Source: Malacoraja senta
Lineage: Eukaryota
Length of the DNA: 64,000 nt
Direction of reading: 5' to 3'
NCBI GenBank assembly: GCA_038087875.1
Contig: CM075995.1
Coordinates: 1,924,001-1,988,000, forward strand
The notes under the pieces were generated by a model. That model did no database searches, had not been told where the DNA came from, and saw nothing but the letters and a program-made list of their open reading frames with translations. Below are positions 13,004 through 25,850 of the stretch, in pieces. The position numbers and the translations under genes are program-made. Each line of letters opens with the position of its first letter. Within the stretch, counting starts at the first letter, position 1.

Positions 13004-15598
13004 CAGGGCTCTCGCTTAACTTTTTTTCCCTGTTGCCAGCCGGGCAACCTTGGCAGCTTTTTAGGTTGCCAAATGACAGTTTAGGTGGTCATTTAAGATG
13101 GCTTGCATGACGCATGCTCGGACGAAGTGCGTAGTTACCAGTCGGAATTATGCTCAATGAAGCATTCACATATTTTTTCTGCTTCAAATAAAGTCACAAA
13201 CTAACATATTCACCAATCAAGACATGATATATACCACAATGACATGCAGCAAAATTATAATACAGTATCTCAACTCTTTTTACACATTGCAATTAATGCA
13301 ATTTTTATTATTTCTTTCCACTTCCAAACAAAATGTGGTTGGATTATTCAGCGTATGATCAACTTGTGTCAATAAATCCTGGACCATGATAACATATATG
13401 CTTAACCATGCACACTGCAGATTGATGCAAGCATGTTTTCTGTGAAGGACAGAAAATGATAATGACATGGCCATAACATGGGTTGTTATTGCTATTAGAA
13501 CAGAAACACACTCGCTTCCCACATAATTTATCCACAACAAAATATACAGGTTGCAAGGAATTTTCTAAAGGCATTTTATGATAATAGCTGTTAAAACTGA
13601 CTATACCCTCTGACAGGTTAAACATTACACTAACTAACAAGAGATGGCCAAAGGACATAAATGCAGCAAATGTTCTTTTGGTAATATATTTAAAGGTGTC
13701 AAGACGCCACATTAACGGACATTCAGATTAGATGTATGTGTTGTGAACAGCGATGAAGATACCCAGTTTTTTTTTAAAAATTGTTGATAAACGCTGTTTC
13801 CATCATTCCCACTTCAGAATTAACGTTAAAATTTCAACTGAAATATCTCCTGACCAAATTTGTGATGTATATGATTGACTGTAGAAGTAAAACCTGGATA
13901 AATCCAACGTATAGTTGTGAATGTTGCTCATTAAATAACTACAGTACTGATACTCCATATTAAGAGCATTGATTTGCCATTAAAATGAATTCTGTTATAA
14001 CGTGTCAACGGTAGCAGTGACAATCGAACACTGCGGTTTTAATGTTTCACGTGTTCACTATTTAATTCATCTTTATTGACTAAAACAGATAATAACATTG
14101 GGAATTAAAACATATTTGATTGCATTCCGTTATCAAACATAGTCAATGTTAGCTCTGAAGACATTTCCAGCAAAATAAGGTCGGGAGGGGGGGGGGGGGG
14201 GTGTGAATCAGTGCAGGATGGATAGATGGCGGTGGGGGGGGGGGGGGGGGGGCGCTTGAGATGGCAATCGGTGCGGATTGGATGGATTGAGGCAGGGGAA
14301 TTAGTGCGTGTTGGTTGGAGTAGGTAAAATTATGAGGGGAGAGCGCGGGGGATGACAGTGGGGTTGAATGGGGGGGATCTGTGCAAGATGGATGGGGGGA
14401 GCAGTGCAGGATGAAGGGGAGGAGCAGTGCAGGATGGATGGGAAGAGGGGTCAGTACAGGATGAATTGGGGGACCAGTGTAGGATTGATGGGGAGTGGCA
14501 GGAGAATCAATGCGAGGTGGATAGGGAGATCAGTGCAGGATGAATAGATGTGGGGGGAGGAGGGGAGATGAGGAGGGGAGCATAGGGGATGACAGTGAGA
14601 ACTGAATAGAGGCAGGAATGGGGATCAGTGCGGGATGGAGGAGGGGTCTCAGGATAAGGGGGTGGAGGGGGGTTTACAAGAGAGAGAGAGAGAGAGAGAG
14701 AGCGAGAGGAAGGGGCAGAGGAGGTGAGAAGGAAGGCCAGCGTTCCTCGGACAACACATGCATCATCGCTGCCTTGGCCGTCCCTGTCAGGCACGGAAAT
14801 CGCTATCAAAATATGGAGGGGACCGGGGGACAGAATATCTTGGCGGCCGCGCGCGCATGCGCACACTCACACACACTCGCGAGGCTTCGGAGGCTCAATC
14901 CAGTGCTAAATGCAGCTCAACTCTGCCTGTCTCGCCTACAACCCTGTCTCAATCCAGACGGCCGTAGGTTAACCTGGCGGGACAGGCAGAGTTGAGCTGG
15001 GTTTTGCGCTGCTTCTCTGCGCTGGCTGTGGGCCTGCGGGCACAGCTCCCGTCTGACTCCCGACGTGTCAGGCCGCCCTCGGGCATGGGGGGGGGCTCTC
15101 GGGTGGGGACGGGGATGGTCCAGTGGCGGTTCGGCAGCGATTGCAGTGCCGGAGAGCCGAGATCGATCCTGGCTGCGGTGCAGGTCTGCCGAGAGTGTTT
15201 TGGCACGTCTCCCTCCTCCAAGGGTTTGTTTTGAAAGCGCCATTGGCGGAATGGCAGGCAGCGGCCGTAATCAGGCTGGGCGGGGGGCGGGGGGAGGAGG
15301 AGAAGATGGAGCCTCCGCCGCCGCTGCTGCTGCTGCTGTGCGGGGCCCGTCATTCGCTCCGACCCTCCATCACGCCACACTTAGCATCTTTCCCACAACC
15401 GTCGCCGACACAAAATGTCACGTTCCTTTTCTCCAGAGATGCTGCCGGACCCGCTAAGTTACTCCAGTTTTTTGTGTCTATCTTCGGTATAAACCAGTAT
15501 CTGCGTGCCAACCCAGGCAAAATGAGTCGGCGTTTAGGTTGCCTGGCGGCACTTTGGGTGGTCAGTGGCACCCGGGCAACCGCTAATTTCGAGCCCTG
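13004..15598. mobile_element. 2.6-kb non-autonomous TIR DNA transposon (CAG...CTG ends, 5-bp TSD) inserted in a CR1 fragment
   Basis: Ends CAGGGCTC...GAGCCCTG; CTTGT duplicated at 12999-13003 and 15599-15603; removing it restores the CR1 sequence cacagagtcttgtactcagg; subterminal gggcaacc and tttaggttgcc motifs at both ends. Confidence 0.75.
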
Positions 15599-15603
15599 CT
15601 TGT

Positions 15604-15905
15604 ACTCAGGGGAGGGGAATCAAGAAACAGAGGACATAGATTTAAGATGAAAGGGGAAAGATTTAATTGGAACCTGAGGAGAAAATTTTTCACTCATACA
15701 ACGGTGGATATTTGCAACGAGCAGCCAAAGTAGGTAGTTGAGGCATGTACTATAATAGATATTTAGAATTCCTCATTTGGTTAGGTGCATGAATAGGAAA
15801 TGTTTAGAGGGATATGGGCCAAATGTAGGTAAATGGAACTAGCAGATGGGGCATCTTGGTTGGCATGAACGGGTTGGGCTGAGCGGAATGTTTTCTGACT
15901 CTATA
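15604..15905 (+). mobile_element. CR1-like LINE 3' end (continuation of 12955-13003)
   Basis: ggggaatcaagaaacagaggacataga...gtttagaggggatatgggccaaatg... Confidence 0.75.
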
Positions 15906-17004
15906 TGCCAACATTGCTTTAGATTCCAACCATGTCTTTATTGGTCACTTTTAATTTTCTTCCTATTGAATGAATGAATAATGAATGAATAAAATAATTA
16001 TTGGTCAATTATGTTTACATATAAGGAATCTGCATTGGTGTTTTGCTCGCAAAAGGATAAAAAAACACGAAATACAGCAGACAATTAAAAAATAAAACAT
16101 TATAATTTACACCTTCACTTTACACCTGCGGCCTTTTTTCTGATGCTCCGCCAAAAGTGAATAGTCTCCCATTATCCATTCTGGCCAGACACAACACCTT
16201 TTTATATGCTTCTATCAAATCTCCTCTCAGCATTCTCTTTACAAAGGAAAACAATTCCTGCCTCTCTAATTTACCCATATAGCGGTAGTTCCTCTATCAT
16301 AAAATCAATTCTCATACACCTTCTCTCGACCTCATCCTAATGCTTTCACGTGCAGACACAAGGTGGTGATTTACAAACAAAATACACAAAGTGCTGGAGT
16401 AACTCAATGGGCCAGACAGTATCTCTGGAAATCCAGCATCTAGGTGGCATGTACCGCCCCGCCTCTCTTCCAGCTTTCTCTCCACTACTACAATCAGTCC
16501 GAAGAAGGGTCTCGAGCTGAAACGTCACCCATTCCTTCTCTCCAGAGATGTGTCGATCTTCGGTTTAAACCAACATCTGCAATTCCTTCCTAATTCCATG
16601 CTGTATCTTTAAACTAAACTGAACATTCAATGCTTTTTCCAAGCTGCTAATGTTGTAAGATTGTTAAAATATTACTGAAATAACTTTACCACTGGAAAGA
16701 CGTGAAGCATTACATGAATAAAACTGTTTGCACTGGTAAACACATAAAAAAACACAAATAATCCAGTTTCTTGTTTACAGACAAATAGGTCCAGTTATCT
16801 TATTTGTTACAAATTAACCTCCCTCAGTTAGAACGAAAATTGCTCATAAATTATCATTACTATAATTACAATTAAACTAAACATTTTCAGGCATTAATTA
16901 TAAAATATTTTAATGTCACCATTACTCAACAAAATCTACCTGAAGAGCAGAAGATAGCAATTACAATATATTTTTGAACCCTTCACACTTAATTGATTGA
17001 ACTG

Positions 17005-17303
17005 ATTGAAAGATACAGTTTGGAAACAGGCCCTTTGGCCAACTGAAACAATGCTGACCATCAATCACTCGTCCACGCTAGTTCTGCGTTATCCCACCTT
17101 CTCATCCACTCCCACACGAGGGGCAATTTACAGAGGCCAGTTAACCTACAAGCCCACAGGTTCTTGGTATGTGGGAGGAAACCAGAGCACCCGGAGGAAA
17201 CCCACGTAGTCACAGGGAGAACGTGTAAACTCCACACAGGCAGCACCCAAGGTCAGGATCGAACCCGGGTTTCTGACACTGGCAGGCAGCAGCTCCACCA
17301 GCG
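17005..17303 (-). mobile_element. V-SINE (HE1-like)
   Basis: V-domain and B-box complement present. Confidence 0.8.
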
Positions 17304-17309
17304 TTTTTA

Positions 17310-18200
17310 CATGTAAAATTCTTACGGGATTGGACAGGCTAGGTGCAGGAAAAATGTTCCCGATGTTGGGGTGAAGTCCAGAACCAGGGATCACAGTTTA
17401 AGAATAAAAGGTAGGCTATTTAGGACTGAGATGAGGAAAAACTTTTTCACCCAGAGAGTTGTGAATCTGTGGACTTCTCTGCCACAGAAGGCAGTGGAGG
17501 CCAATTCACAAGGTTCAAGGTTCAAATTTATTTGTCACATGCACCAACTAAGGTACAGTGAAATGAATTTGCCAGCAGCGATGCAATTGCAAAAAGAACA
17601 CACAATACACAATAAAATTTAACATAAATATCCACCACAGCCTTCTTCACTGTGGTGGAAGGCAATAAAGTTCAGTCAGTCCTCCTCCTTTGTTCACCCA
17701 TGGTCGGGGGCCTTGAGCCCTTCATAGTCGCCTGCTACGGACGGCCAGATGTACAGGCCCTCTCGTCGGGATGATCGAAACTCCGACGTCGGGACGGTCG
17801 AACACACTCCGCTGTTTGGAGTGCCCAAATCGGCCACTTTCTTACCAGAGACCGCGGCTTCAGGATGATACAGGCCACAGGCCGGCGGTCGGAGCTCTTC
17901 TCCGGCGATCCCCGGCAAGGGATCCCAGGCTCCGGATAGTAAGTGCAAGCCACACCCGCAGCTAGAAGCTCTGCAGACCACAGCCCCAAGATGCCAAAGT
18001 CACCAGGCCAGCGATCGGAGCACTCCTTTCTGGCAACCCCCGGCAAGGATGTTTTCAAGAGTTAGATTTAGTTCTTAGGGCTAACGGAATCAAGGGATTT
18101 CATGGGGTAAAAAGCAGGAACAGGGTACTGATTTTGGACGATCAGCCATGATCATATTGAATGGCGGTACTACCTGCACCTATTGTCTATGTTTCCATGC
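17310..18200 (+). mobile_element. CR1-like LINE 3' end interrupted by a CpG-rich retroposon (family B, about 17511-18048, minus strand)
   Basis: ORF SRTRDHSLRIKGRLFRTEMRKNFFTQRVVNLWTSLPQKAVEANS; the LINE resumes at ggatgttttcaagag; the insert is homologous to 22562-23027. Confidence 0.75.
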
Positions 18201-19420
18201 CACTGTGCCGCTCTTAATATAAAATGCTGGGCCATTTTTTAAATAGTCATCATTTTCCCATTTGAACAGTGAGCAACTTTCACCTTATTTGGGCAGGAGA
18301 ATCATGATGGAAAATTGGCCTGATTATTGGTGTTTTGTGAGGAAGACGGGATTAGGGATGGAAACTACACTCCTAACGGGGGAAAAACACAGTCAATTCT
18401 TAGAGCAGACTGGGTGGGGATTAAAACCCCCTGTTGGGCTGTGGTGTTAAATTAAATGAAGAGGAAACAGCTGTAACAGTAAATCATCATCACAATAGAC
18501 TCACCTAACTTCCATGAGAATTAATTGCCTCACAAGGCAATTAGAACCAAAACCACTAGGTCGCACTCAACAGAACACAACAATTAAGGAAGCACTTTAC
18601 CAGAAGTGAAAAATAAGGATATTATCAGCACAAGTTCAACAATAACACTCATACTCCCCAATGACCTTATCAACAAATGAGCAGGAAGAAGCATGCAATA
18701 ATGAAAACGACTATCCACTTTTTAGAAAACATCACATGTGGAAATTGCAATTGAAAAAATTATGCTGTGGGGAGAACACAGAGAAAAACAAATAAAAGAT
18801 TGCAGCATTTCATAGGATATGTGCATCACACCTGAAAAATAACTACTACAATCAGTCTGAAGTAGATTCCCGACCCGGAATGTCACCCAGAGATTAACCA
18901 AGTAACTCCTGCATTCCCTCTCTCTCCAACCCTCCCCCACCTAAATCGTACCAGCTTCAAAGTCGTCATGTTGAGTCTCATTGTCTGTATTCGTTCTCAC
19001 CGGGCAAATAGCTAACAATGGCAAGTTTCCTTTATCATCATTACTTTGTTGCATATCTTTCATTCATTTATTCTATATTTCTCTACATCACCATCTATAT
19101 CTCTCATTTCCCTCCCTCTGACTCTCAGTCTGAAGAAGGGTCACCTATTCCTTTTTCTGCAGAGAAGCTGCCTGACCCACGCCAGCATGTCTATTTTCAG
19201 TTTAAACCAGCATCAGCAGATCCTTCCCACACATACTGCCTTACCCACCGACTGAGTTAATCCCACACTGTCTTTTTTTTATAAACTAACATTTGCATCT
19301 AGTTTTGACTACGCTTTCCATTTCTATTATTTAAGGATGATATATTTGTGCTTAAATAGCAAACAATGTCAATTGAAGGCAGAATCCAACATAACAAGAG
19401 AACTGAACTCCAAAAGTAAA

Positions 19421-20975
19421 CTGTGTCGGAAGGAACTACAGATGCTGCTTTATACCGAAGTTAGACACAAAATGCTGGAGTAACTCAGCGGTTCAGGCAG
19501 CACCTCCGGAGAAAAGGAATAGGCCCCCATTCCTTCATCAAACTATGGACGTTCAGTCGTGCTACACCTCCAACCCCCACCAGGAAGGTTTTAAGTATAG
19601 GGCGGCGCGACCGACGTTCGCAGCGGCCTCTGCAGTCCGTCCGGCTTTTTTTTTATTTTTGTCCCGTTGAATGAATAGTTTGTTGTGGTTTTTATATTGT
19701 TTTTAGCTGTGTATATGGGGGGCAGGGGGGGGGGGGACTTTTAAATCTCTTCCCTGTACGGGGGACCGATCTTTTCCCTGTCGGGGGTACACAAAAATGC
19801 TGGAGAAACTTTTCCCTGTCGGGTCTCCGTTGTCATTGGGGCCTAGCACCGTGGAGCGGTCTCCAACCGGAACGACCTGGGAGCTCCAGTTGCGGAGTAT
19901 GCAGACTTACCATCGTGGGGCTGGCTGACTTCGGAGCGTGGAGAGCTGTGGTGGCGCGCGGCTGCGACCCGACTCCGGAGCTCGGAGGCTCCAGCCGCAG
20001 GTCCGGTGGACGGTGACATCGGGAGCTCGCGGGTCCCTGGTGGGAGACCGCTTCTCCCGCCTGAGTTGCGGGGTTGAAAATGACCCGGAGCGGGACCTTA
20101 CATCGCCCAGCGCGGCTTTAACGGCCGCGGGACTTGCCATCGCCCGCCGGGGGCTCCAACATCAAGACCCGGAGCGGGGCCTTACATCACCCAGCGCGGC
20201 CTTAACGGCCGCGGGACTTGCCATCGCCCGCCAGGGGCTTTAACATCGGGAGAAGAATGGAACACAGGGGAGAGACAAGACTTTGCCTTCCATCACAGTG
20301 AGGAGGAGATTCACTGTGAAGGATGTTTGTGTAAATTGTGTTGGTTGTGTGTCTTGGTTCTTTTCTTGTTGTATGACTGCAGAAACCAAATTTCGTATGA
20401 ACTTCATACTTGAGGTTCAAATGACAATAAATAAATTGTATAATTGTATAATTAAGGCCCTCCATTTCTTCCTTGATCGCAGACCCAGCCAATTTCTCTC
20501 ATCAAACACTCTCCACCGCCTAGCAGAACTGGTCCTCACCCTTAACAGCTTCTTCTTCAACTCCTCCCACTTCCTACAGGTCAATGGGCACTCGCATGGT
20601 CCCCAGATATGCCTTTTTATTGAGTATGTCAAACAGTCCCTGTTCCAGGTGTACACTGGCCTTATCCCCCAACTCTATCTCCACCACATTGACGACTGCA
20701 TCGGGGCTACCTCCTGCACCCATGCAGAACTCATGGACTTTATGAACTTCACCACAAACTTCCACCCTGTCTTCAAATTCACCTGGACTATCTTGGACAC
20801 CCCCCTTCCCTTTCTTGATCTCACCGACTCCATCACAGGAGATAGACTATCGACTGACCTCTATTACAAACCTGACTTTGAGCCTGAAGAAGGTTTCCGA
20901 CCCGAAACGTCACCTATTCCTTTTCTCCACAGATGCTGCCTGACCCGCTTGAGTTACTCCAGCACTTTTTATCTA
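19421..20975 (+). mobile_element. Degenerate Penelope-like element with an RT fragment, fold-back ends and a nested CpG-rich retroposon
   Basis: Degenerate MDVQS..TS.PHQEG motif at 19540-19595 continues after the insert as KALHFFLDRRP..LAELVLTLNSFFFN..HIDDCIG..LPFLDL..TDLYYKP (20453-20875); hammerhead core at 20884-20911; inverted long end at 19421-19523. Confidence 0.8.
19597..20450 (+). mobile_element. CpG-rich non-autonomous retroposon (family C) with an internal 84-bp tandem duplication
   Basis: Splits the Penelope RT frame; unit gacccggagcggg... at 20082 and 20166; tail gacaataaataa(attgtata)n. Confidence 0.7.
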
Positions 20976-21284
20976 TCCCGAAGCAAACTAATCGCTTTCT
21001 CCAATTGGCAACATGGTCAACTCAGTCATGATGGGCTGAAGAGTGAGCTCATGTGCGGTATTTGCTATGTTCAAACAAGACATTTTTTGGAAACTTTCAG
21101 CAAGTAAGGCAGCATCTAAGGTGATTTAGGACAGTTGCCTCACATGCTGGAATCAATGATCCTCGGACTTAATTCATTTTGCAAAAAAGTCAAACTTCAA
21201 GAGTTTTTAAATGATCATTGAATAGAAATATATGAATAGCAGCACATAATCCGGTAAACTCTGCAAGAAAATATAAACACATTT

Positions 21285-22025
21285 TTAAGGTGGGAGGGGA
21301 AAGATTTAATAGCAATTTGTTTCCACCCCACAGGGTGTTGGGTATATGGAACGAGCTGCCAGAGGAGATAGTTGAAGGAGGCAGTATAACAACATTTAAA
21401 AAACATTTGGACGGGTACATGGAAATGGAATAGTTTAGAGGGATATGGGTCAAACGCACGCAGGTGAGATAAGGATAGATGGGGAATATTGGTCGGCATG
21501 TTGGGCAGAAGGGCCTGTTTCCATGCTGAATCACTCTACAGCTCTAACAAATTTATAGACATCATTTTTATTCACTTCTTCTGGGCCAGTCCCTCAGCGT
21601 AGAGGGTAATCCTGGGGTTCTGTGGTTTTTGAGGCGGTTGGTGAAGCCTATGTGGGTTTAATTTCATTCAACGTACAGATATACCACAGATATTCTAAGG
21701 AGTTGTGCATTGGAACCAACAGTGATTCCCAACAGTGAAATGTCAAGACCTAGAGGGCACAGCTTTAAGGTGAGAGGCACAGAGTTTAAAGGAGACGTAC
21801 GGGGCACCTTCCTTTTAACAAAGAGAGTGGTGGGTGCCTGGAACTTGCTGCCAGGGGTAGGGGTGGAGGCAGATACGATAGTGGCACTTAAGAAGCTATT
21901 AGATAGGCACATGGATATGAAGAGAATGGATGGATATGTGCAGGTAAAGAGATTAGTTTGTCTTGGCATTATGTTGGACACAGACTCTGTGAGCCCAAGG
22001 GGTAGTTCCTGTGCTGTCCTATGTA
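21285..22025 (+). mobile_element. Two CR1-like LINE 3' fragments
   Basis: ORF SRPRGHSFKVRGTEFKGDVRGTFLLTKRVVGAWNLLPGVGVEADTIVALKKLLDRHMD. Confidence 0.8.
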
Positions 22026-22449
22026 CTGAACCAAAACACTGAAGGTCTTTCTACCGAGGACCTCTGACGCATGTGAATCGGCAAACAATTCTACAACTCC
22101 TCAACCAACGCAGAGTCTGAATCAATTCAATAGAAAATTCGGCACAAAAAGCAAAATAAATGAAAAGATGGGATTAAGACAGGAAGAGACAAATGTGACA
22201 AATGGAAATTCCTTTTTAATTTAAATTATCAACTAGAATTAAAATCTGAAGAAATGGTGAAAGGTAATTATCAGCGGTAGACAAATTTATGGCAAGGGTA
22301 TTGTACTGCTTTCAACCTTGCAGAGAAAAGCTAAACCGACAGGTCAGTGATCTAAACAAGGCCTTCATCTCAGTTGATCCATTCAACCAAACATTAAGGA
22401 AACTGACAATCAAAAAGGCTTGTAAAAGTGAAATAGTTTATATAGTCTT

Positions 22450-23125
22450 AGTTTAGTTTAGTTTAGAGACACAGCATGGTAACAGGCCCTTCGGCCCATC
22501 GAGACCGCACTGACCAGCAATCCCAGCACATTAACACTATCCTAGACTAGGGACCATTTTAGTTCAAGGTTCACATTTATTTGTCACATGCACCAATTAA
22601 GGTACAGTGAAGTGAGTTACAATTAAAAATAACACAATACACAATAGAATTTAACATAAACATCCACCACAGCATTCTTCACTGTGATGGAAGGCAATAA
22701 AGTTCAGTCAGTCTTCCTCCTTTGTTCACCTGTGGTCGGGGGCCTTGACCCTCCGTAGTTGCCGCGACGGACGGCCCGATATGCAAGCCCTCTCGTCGGG
22801 ATGATCAAAGCTCCGACGTCGGGACAGATCGAACACACTCCGCTGCTTGGAGTTCCCGAATCAGCCACTACCTTACCGGAGACAGTGGCTTCAGGATGTT
22901 ACAGGCCGCAGGCCGGAGCTCTTCTCCGGCGATCCCCGGCAAGGGATCGGCCCGCTCCGCGATGGTGAAGTCCGCTCCACGCCTGCTGCTAGAAGCTCCG
23001 CAGACTGAGGCTTCAGGATGTACAATCTGCGTACAGACAAGCACCCGTAGTCAGGATCGAACCCGGGTCTCTGGCGCTGTAAGCGCTGTAGGGCGGCAAC
23101 TCTACCGCTGCGCCACAGTGCCACC
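22450..23125 (-). mobile_element. V-SINE interrupted by a CpG-rich family-B retroposon (about 22562-23027)
   Basis: SINE tail at 22450-22560 and head at 23028-23125; the insert matches 17511-18048. Confidence 0.75.
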
Positions 23126-23143
23126 TATTGTTGTTGAAAATAA

Positions 23144-23521
23144 AGGTCCTGTCCCACTTACGTGTCTTTGGCACGCTAATTACGCGACCTCGTGATCCGG
23201 ATCCGCAACGGCCGTGAGCCCCAGGCCGAGCTCGGCGATCGTTTGCCTGCTTCTGCTGCTGTTGAAGGTGAGACGTTGCGTCGCGCCAGGGTCTTGGGCC
23301 TGTCCCACTTTGGCCGTCAGTTCTGCGACAGGCCGTTGGCGCGCGAAGATTTCGTTCGCTACAAAAATTTCGGAGCCCCGCGCAATGTCGCGCACAACTA
23401 CATACCCCTCCGCGCTTCTCAGTGGGACCCGCCCCCGCGGCCATACAATGCCCATGCGCCTCAACGCGACGACGAGGTCGCGTAATTTGCGTGCCAAGGA
23501 CACGTAGGTGGGACAGGCCCT
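23144..23521. mobile_element. PIF/Harbinger-type MITE
   Basis: TIR AGGTCCTGTCCCACTTACGTGTCTTTGGCACGC / GCGTGCCAAGGACACGTAGGTGGGACAGGCCCT with TAA TSD. Confidence 0.85.
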
Positions 23522-23894
23522 TAAGCATCAAGGAAACGTGCAACCCAATGGATCACTTGTGCTTGCTGACAGCTGAGGAAAGCGGCCAGTTATTAGCTGT
23601 TTGAGGCCCAACACACCTCAGATTGCCATGTGCCCTTGGTTAGAGGTGTAAGTCTGAGATGGGCTGGTAGCTGGAAACCACTGCATCTGATAGTCTGCTG
23701 GTTAGTGGCATAGACATGGTGGTAGAGGCAGATACAATAGTGGCAGTTAAGAGACTATTGTATAGGCAGGGAATATGGATTATGTGCAGTCAGAGAGGAG
23801 TTGCTTTAGTTTAGTTTACAGATACAGCATTGAGCAATTCCTTGGTTCCTTATTTAGATCCAACTCTTCATTCATTGTCGGCCAGATGAAATAT

Positions 23895-24122
23895 TACTGA
23901 TTGTATGCCTCGTTGTCACCTTCCCCTCAGCTAACAATGTACTATTCCACATTTCCATATTCATTGTCCCCTTTGATCTCTGTCACCCTTCCATATCTTT
24001 ATGTCTCCATCGTCCCTGACTCTCAGACTGAAGAAGGGTCTCGACCTGAAATGTCACCCATTCCTTCTCTCCAGAGATGCTGCCTGTCCTGCTGAGTTAC
24101 TCCAGCATTTTGTGTCTATCTA
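23895..24122 (+). mobile_element. Older Penelope-like 3' UTR with hammerhead core
   Basis: ctgaagaagggtctcgacctgaaatgtc at 24028, followed by the conserved ...ctccagcattttgtgtctatc end. Confidence 0.7.
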
Positions 24123-24339
24123 CATGTTTTTTCTCTATGTCACAGTTCATTCACCTATTAACATTACCTGATTAATTTATGTATATTGGAAACTGCAATA
24201 ATACAACACTCTCCCAATATGGCATGAGGGAAAATCATATCTTGCGGGGGAATATTAGAAATTACTATTAATATTCAAACACACTTTTTTGTTACTTATA
24301 ACACAGTGATATAACTTATTTTTCTAGTGAACCAGTTGG

Positions 24340-25495
24340 GTTTAAAGGGAGAATAGTAAATTAAAAACAGCAAGTTCAAAGGTGGTGCAGGAAGCGGTAC
24401 AGATGAACATAGGGAACCAGTACAGATGAGCTTAAAAGGAGCCGGGGAACAGGGCCCTATTGTGTTTAAAGGGATCGTGGGAACCAATACATTTAATATA
24501 AAGCATTCAAAGAGGGGCCCCCCGGTGTGTTTAAAGGAAATGTAGGAAATGAGAGCCTCATGAGTTTAAAGGGGCATGGGAATTGAAGTCTCAATAAGTT
24601 TAAAGAGAATCTGTGAAATGGGTTCCCTGTGAGTTGAAGGGCGGCATGGTGGTGCAGCGGTAGAGTTGCTGCCTTACAGCGCCAGAGGCCCGACTTCGAT
24701 CCTGACTACGGGTGCTGTCTGTACAGAATCTGTACGTTCTCCATGTGGCAACCTGGGTTTCCTCCGGGTGCTCTGATTTCCTCCCACATTCCAAAGACGT
24801 GCTGGCTTGTAGGTTAATTGGCTTTGGTCAATTCGATAAATAAATCGTATTTGGTAAATATGAAACTGGGATAACGTAGAAATGGTGTACGGGCGATCAT
24901 TGTTTGCTGCTGACTCAGTGGGCCGAAAGGCCTGTTTCCACGCTGTATCACTAAACTAAACTAGGATTGAAGTCCCAGTGAGTTTAAATTGAAGTCCCAA
25001 AGATTTGAAAGGGAGCGGGAAAAAACCTGGTGAGTTTTAGGGGAGTACGGAAATGGGCCCCCAGCGAGTTCAAAGGGAGTACAGGAATTGGGGGCAAGGT
25101 GAGTTTAAAGAGGGCAAGGGAATTGTGTTTGCAATGAATTTAAAGAGAGTGCAGGAAATGGGCTGATGATGAGTTTAAGGGAAATGCAGGAAATGGGGGC
25201 CCCAGTGTGTTGAATGGGAGCACAGGAAATGGGGCCCCAATGAGTCTAAAGGGAGAAGGGGAAATGAGTCCCTGGTGAGTTTAAATGGAGCACTGGAAAT
25301 GGGAGCAGAATAACTTTAAAAGAAGTGGGAAATGGGGCCCCAATGAGTTTAAAGGGAGCATGGGAAATGGGCCCTGGTGGGTTTAAAGAGAGCGAGAGAA
25401 ATGGGAGCCGAATGAATTAAAAAAGGATGTGGGAAATGGGGGCGCTGGTGAATTTAAAGGGAGCATGGGATGGGGCCCAGGTAAGATAAAAAAGG
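24340..25495 (+). repeat. Degenerate minisatellite (unit about 38-40 bp) interrupted by a V-SINE at 24639-24963
   Basis: Recurring unit similar to gagtttaaagggagcacaggaaatggggccccaat, roughly 20 copies by eye. Confidence 0.75.
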
Positions 25496-25519
25496 TGTAC
25501 TGAAAACAGGACTTAAGAT

Positions 25520-25850
25520 GTGGAGAGGATGCTTCCATTAGTGGGAGAGTCTAGAACTAGAGGTTATAGGCTCATAATTAAATGACGTTCTATTAGGAAG
25601 GAGATGAGGAGTAATTTCTTTAGTCAGAGGGTGGTGAATCTGTGGAATTCTTTGCCACAGAAGGCTGTGGAGGCCGTCAGTGGATATTGTTAAGGCAGAG
25701 ATCGATAGATTCTTGATTTGTACAGGTGTCAGAGGTTATGGGGAGAAGGCAGGAGAATTGAGTTAGGGGGGAAAGATAGATCTGCCATGATTGAATGGTG
25801 GAGTAGACTTGATCGGCCGAATGGCCTAATTCTACTCCTATTCCTTATGA
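25520..25850 (+). mobile_element. CR1-like LINE 3' end
   Basis: gagtctagaactagagg...gtgaatctgtggaattctttgccacagaaggc...ggccgaatggcctaattct. Confidence 0.8.

Noticed and set aside
14507..15650. Many overlapping 100-175-aa ORFs
   Set aside because: They arise from GC-rich, low-complexity transposon interior with few stop codons; no recognisable domains.
20283..21107. 274-aa ORF as an intact reverse transcriptase gene
   Set aside because: Chimeric frame (retroposon tail + decayed PLE RT with a deleted G..MG region and HIDD + 3' UTR); a non-functional fragment.
24340..25495. CRISPR-like array
   Set aside because: Vertebrate DNA, degenerate tandem units without unique spacers, and no cas genes.
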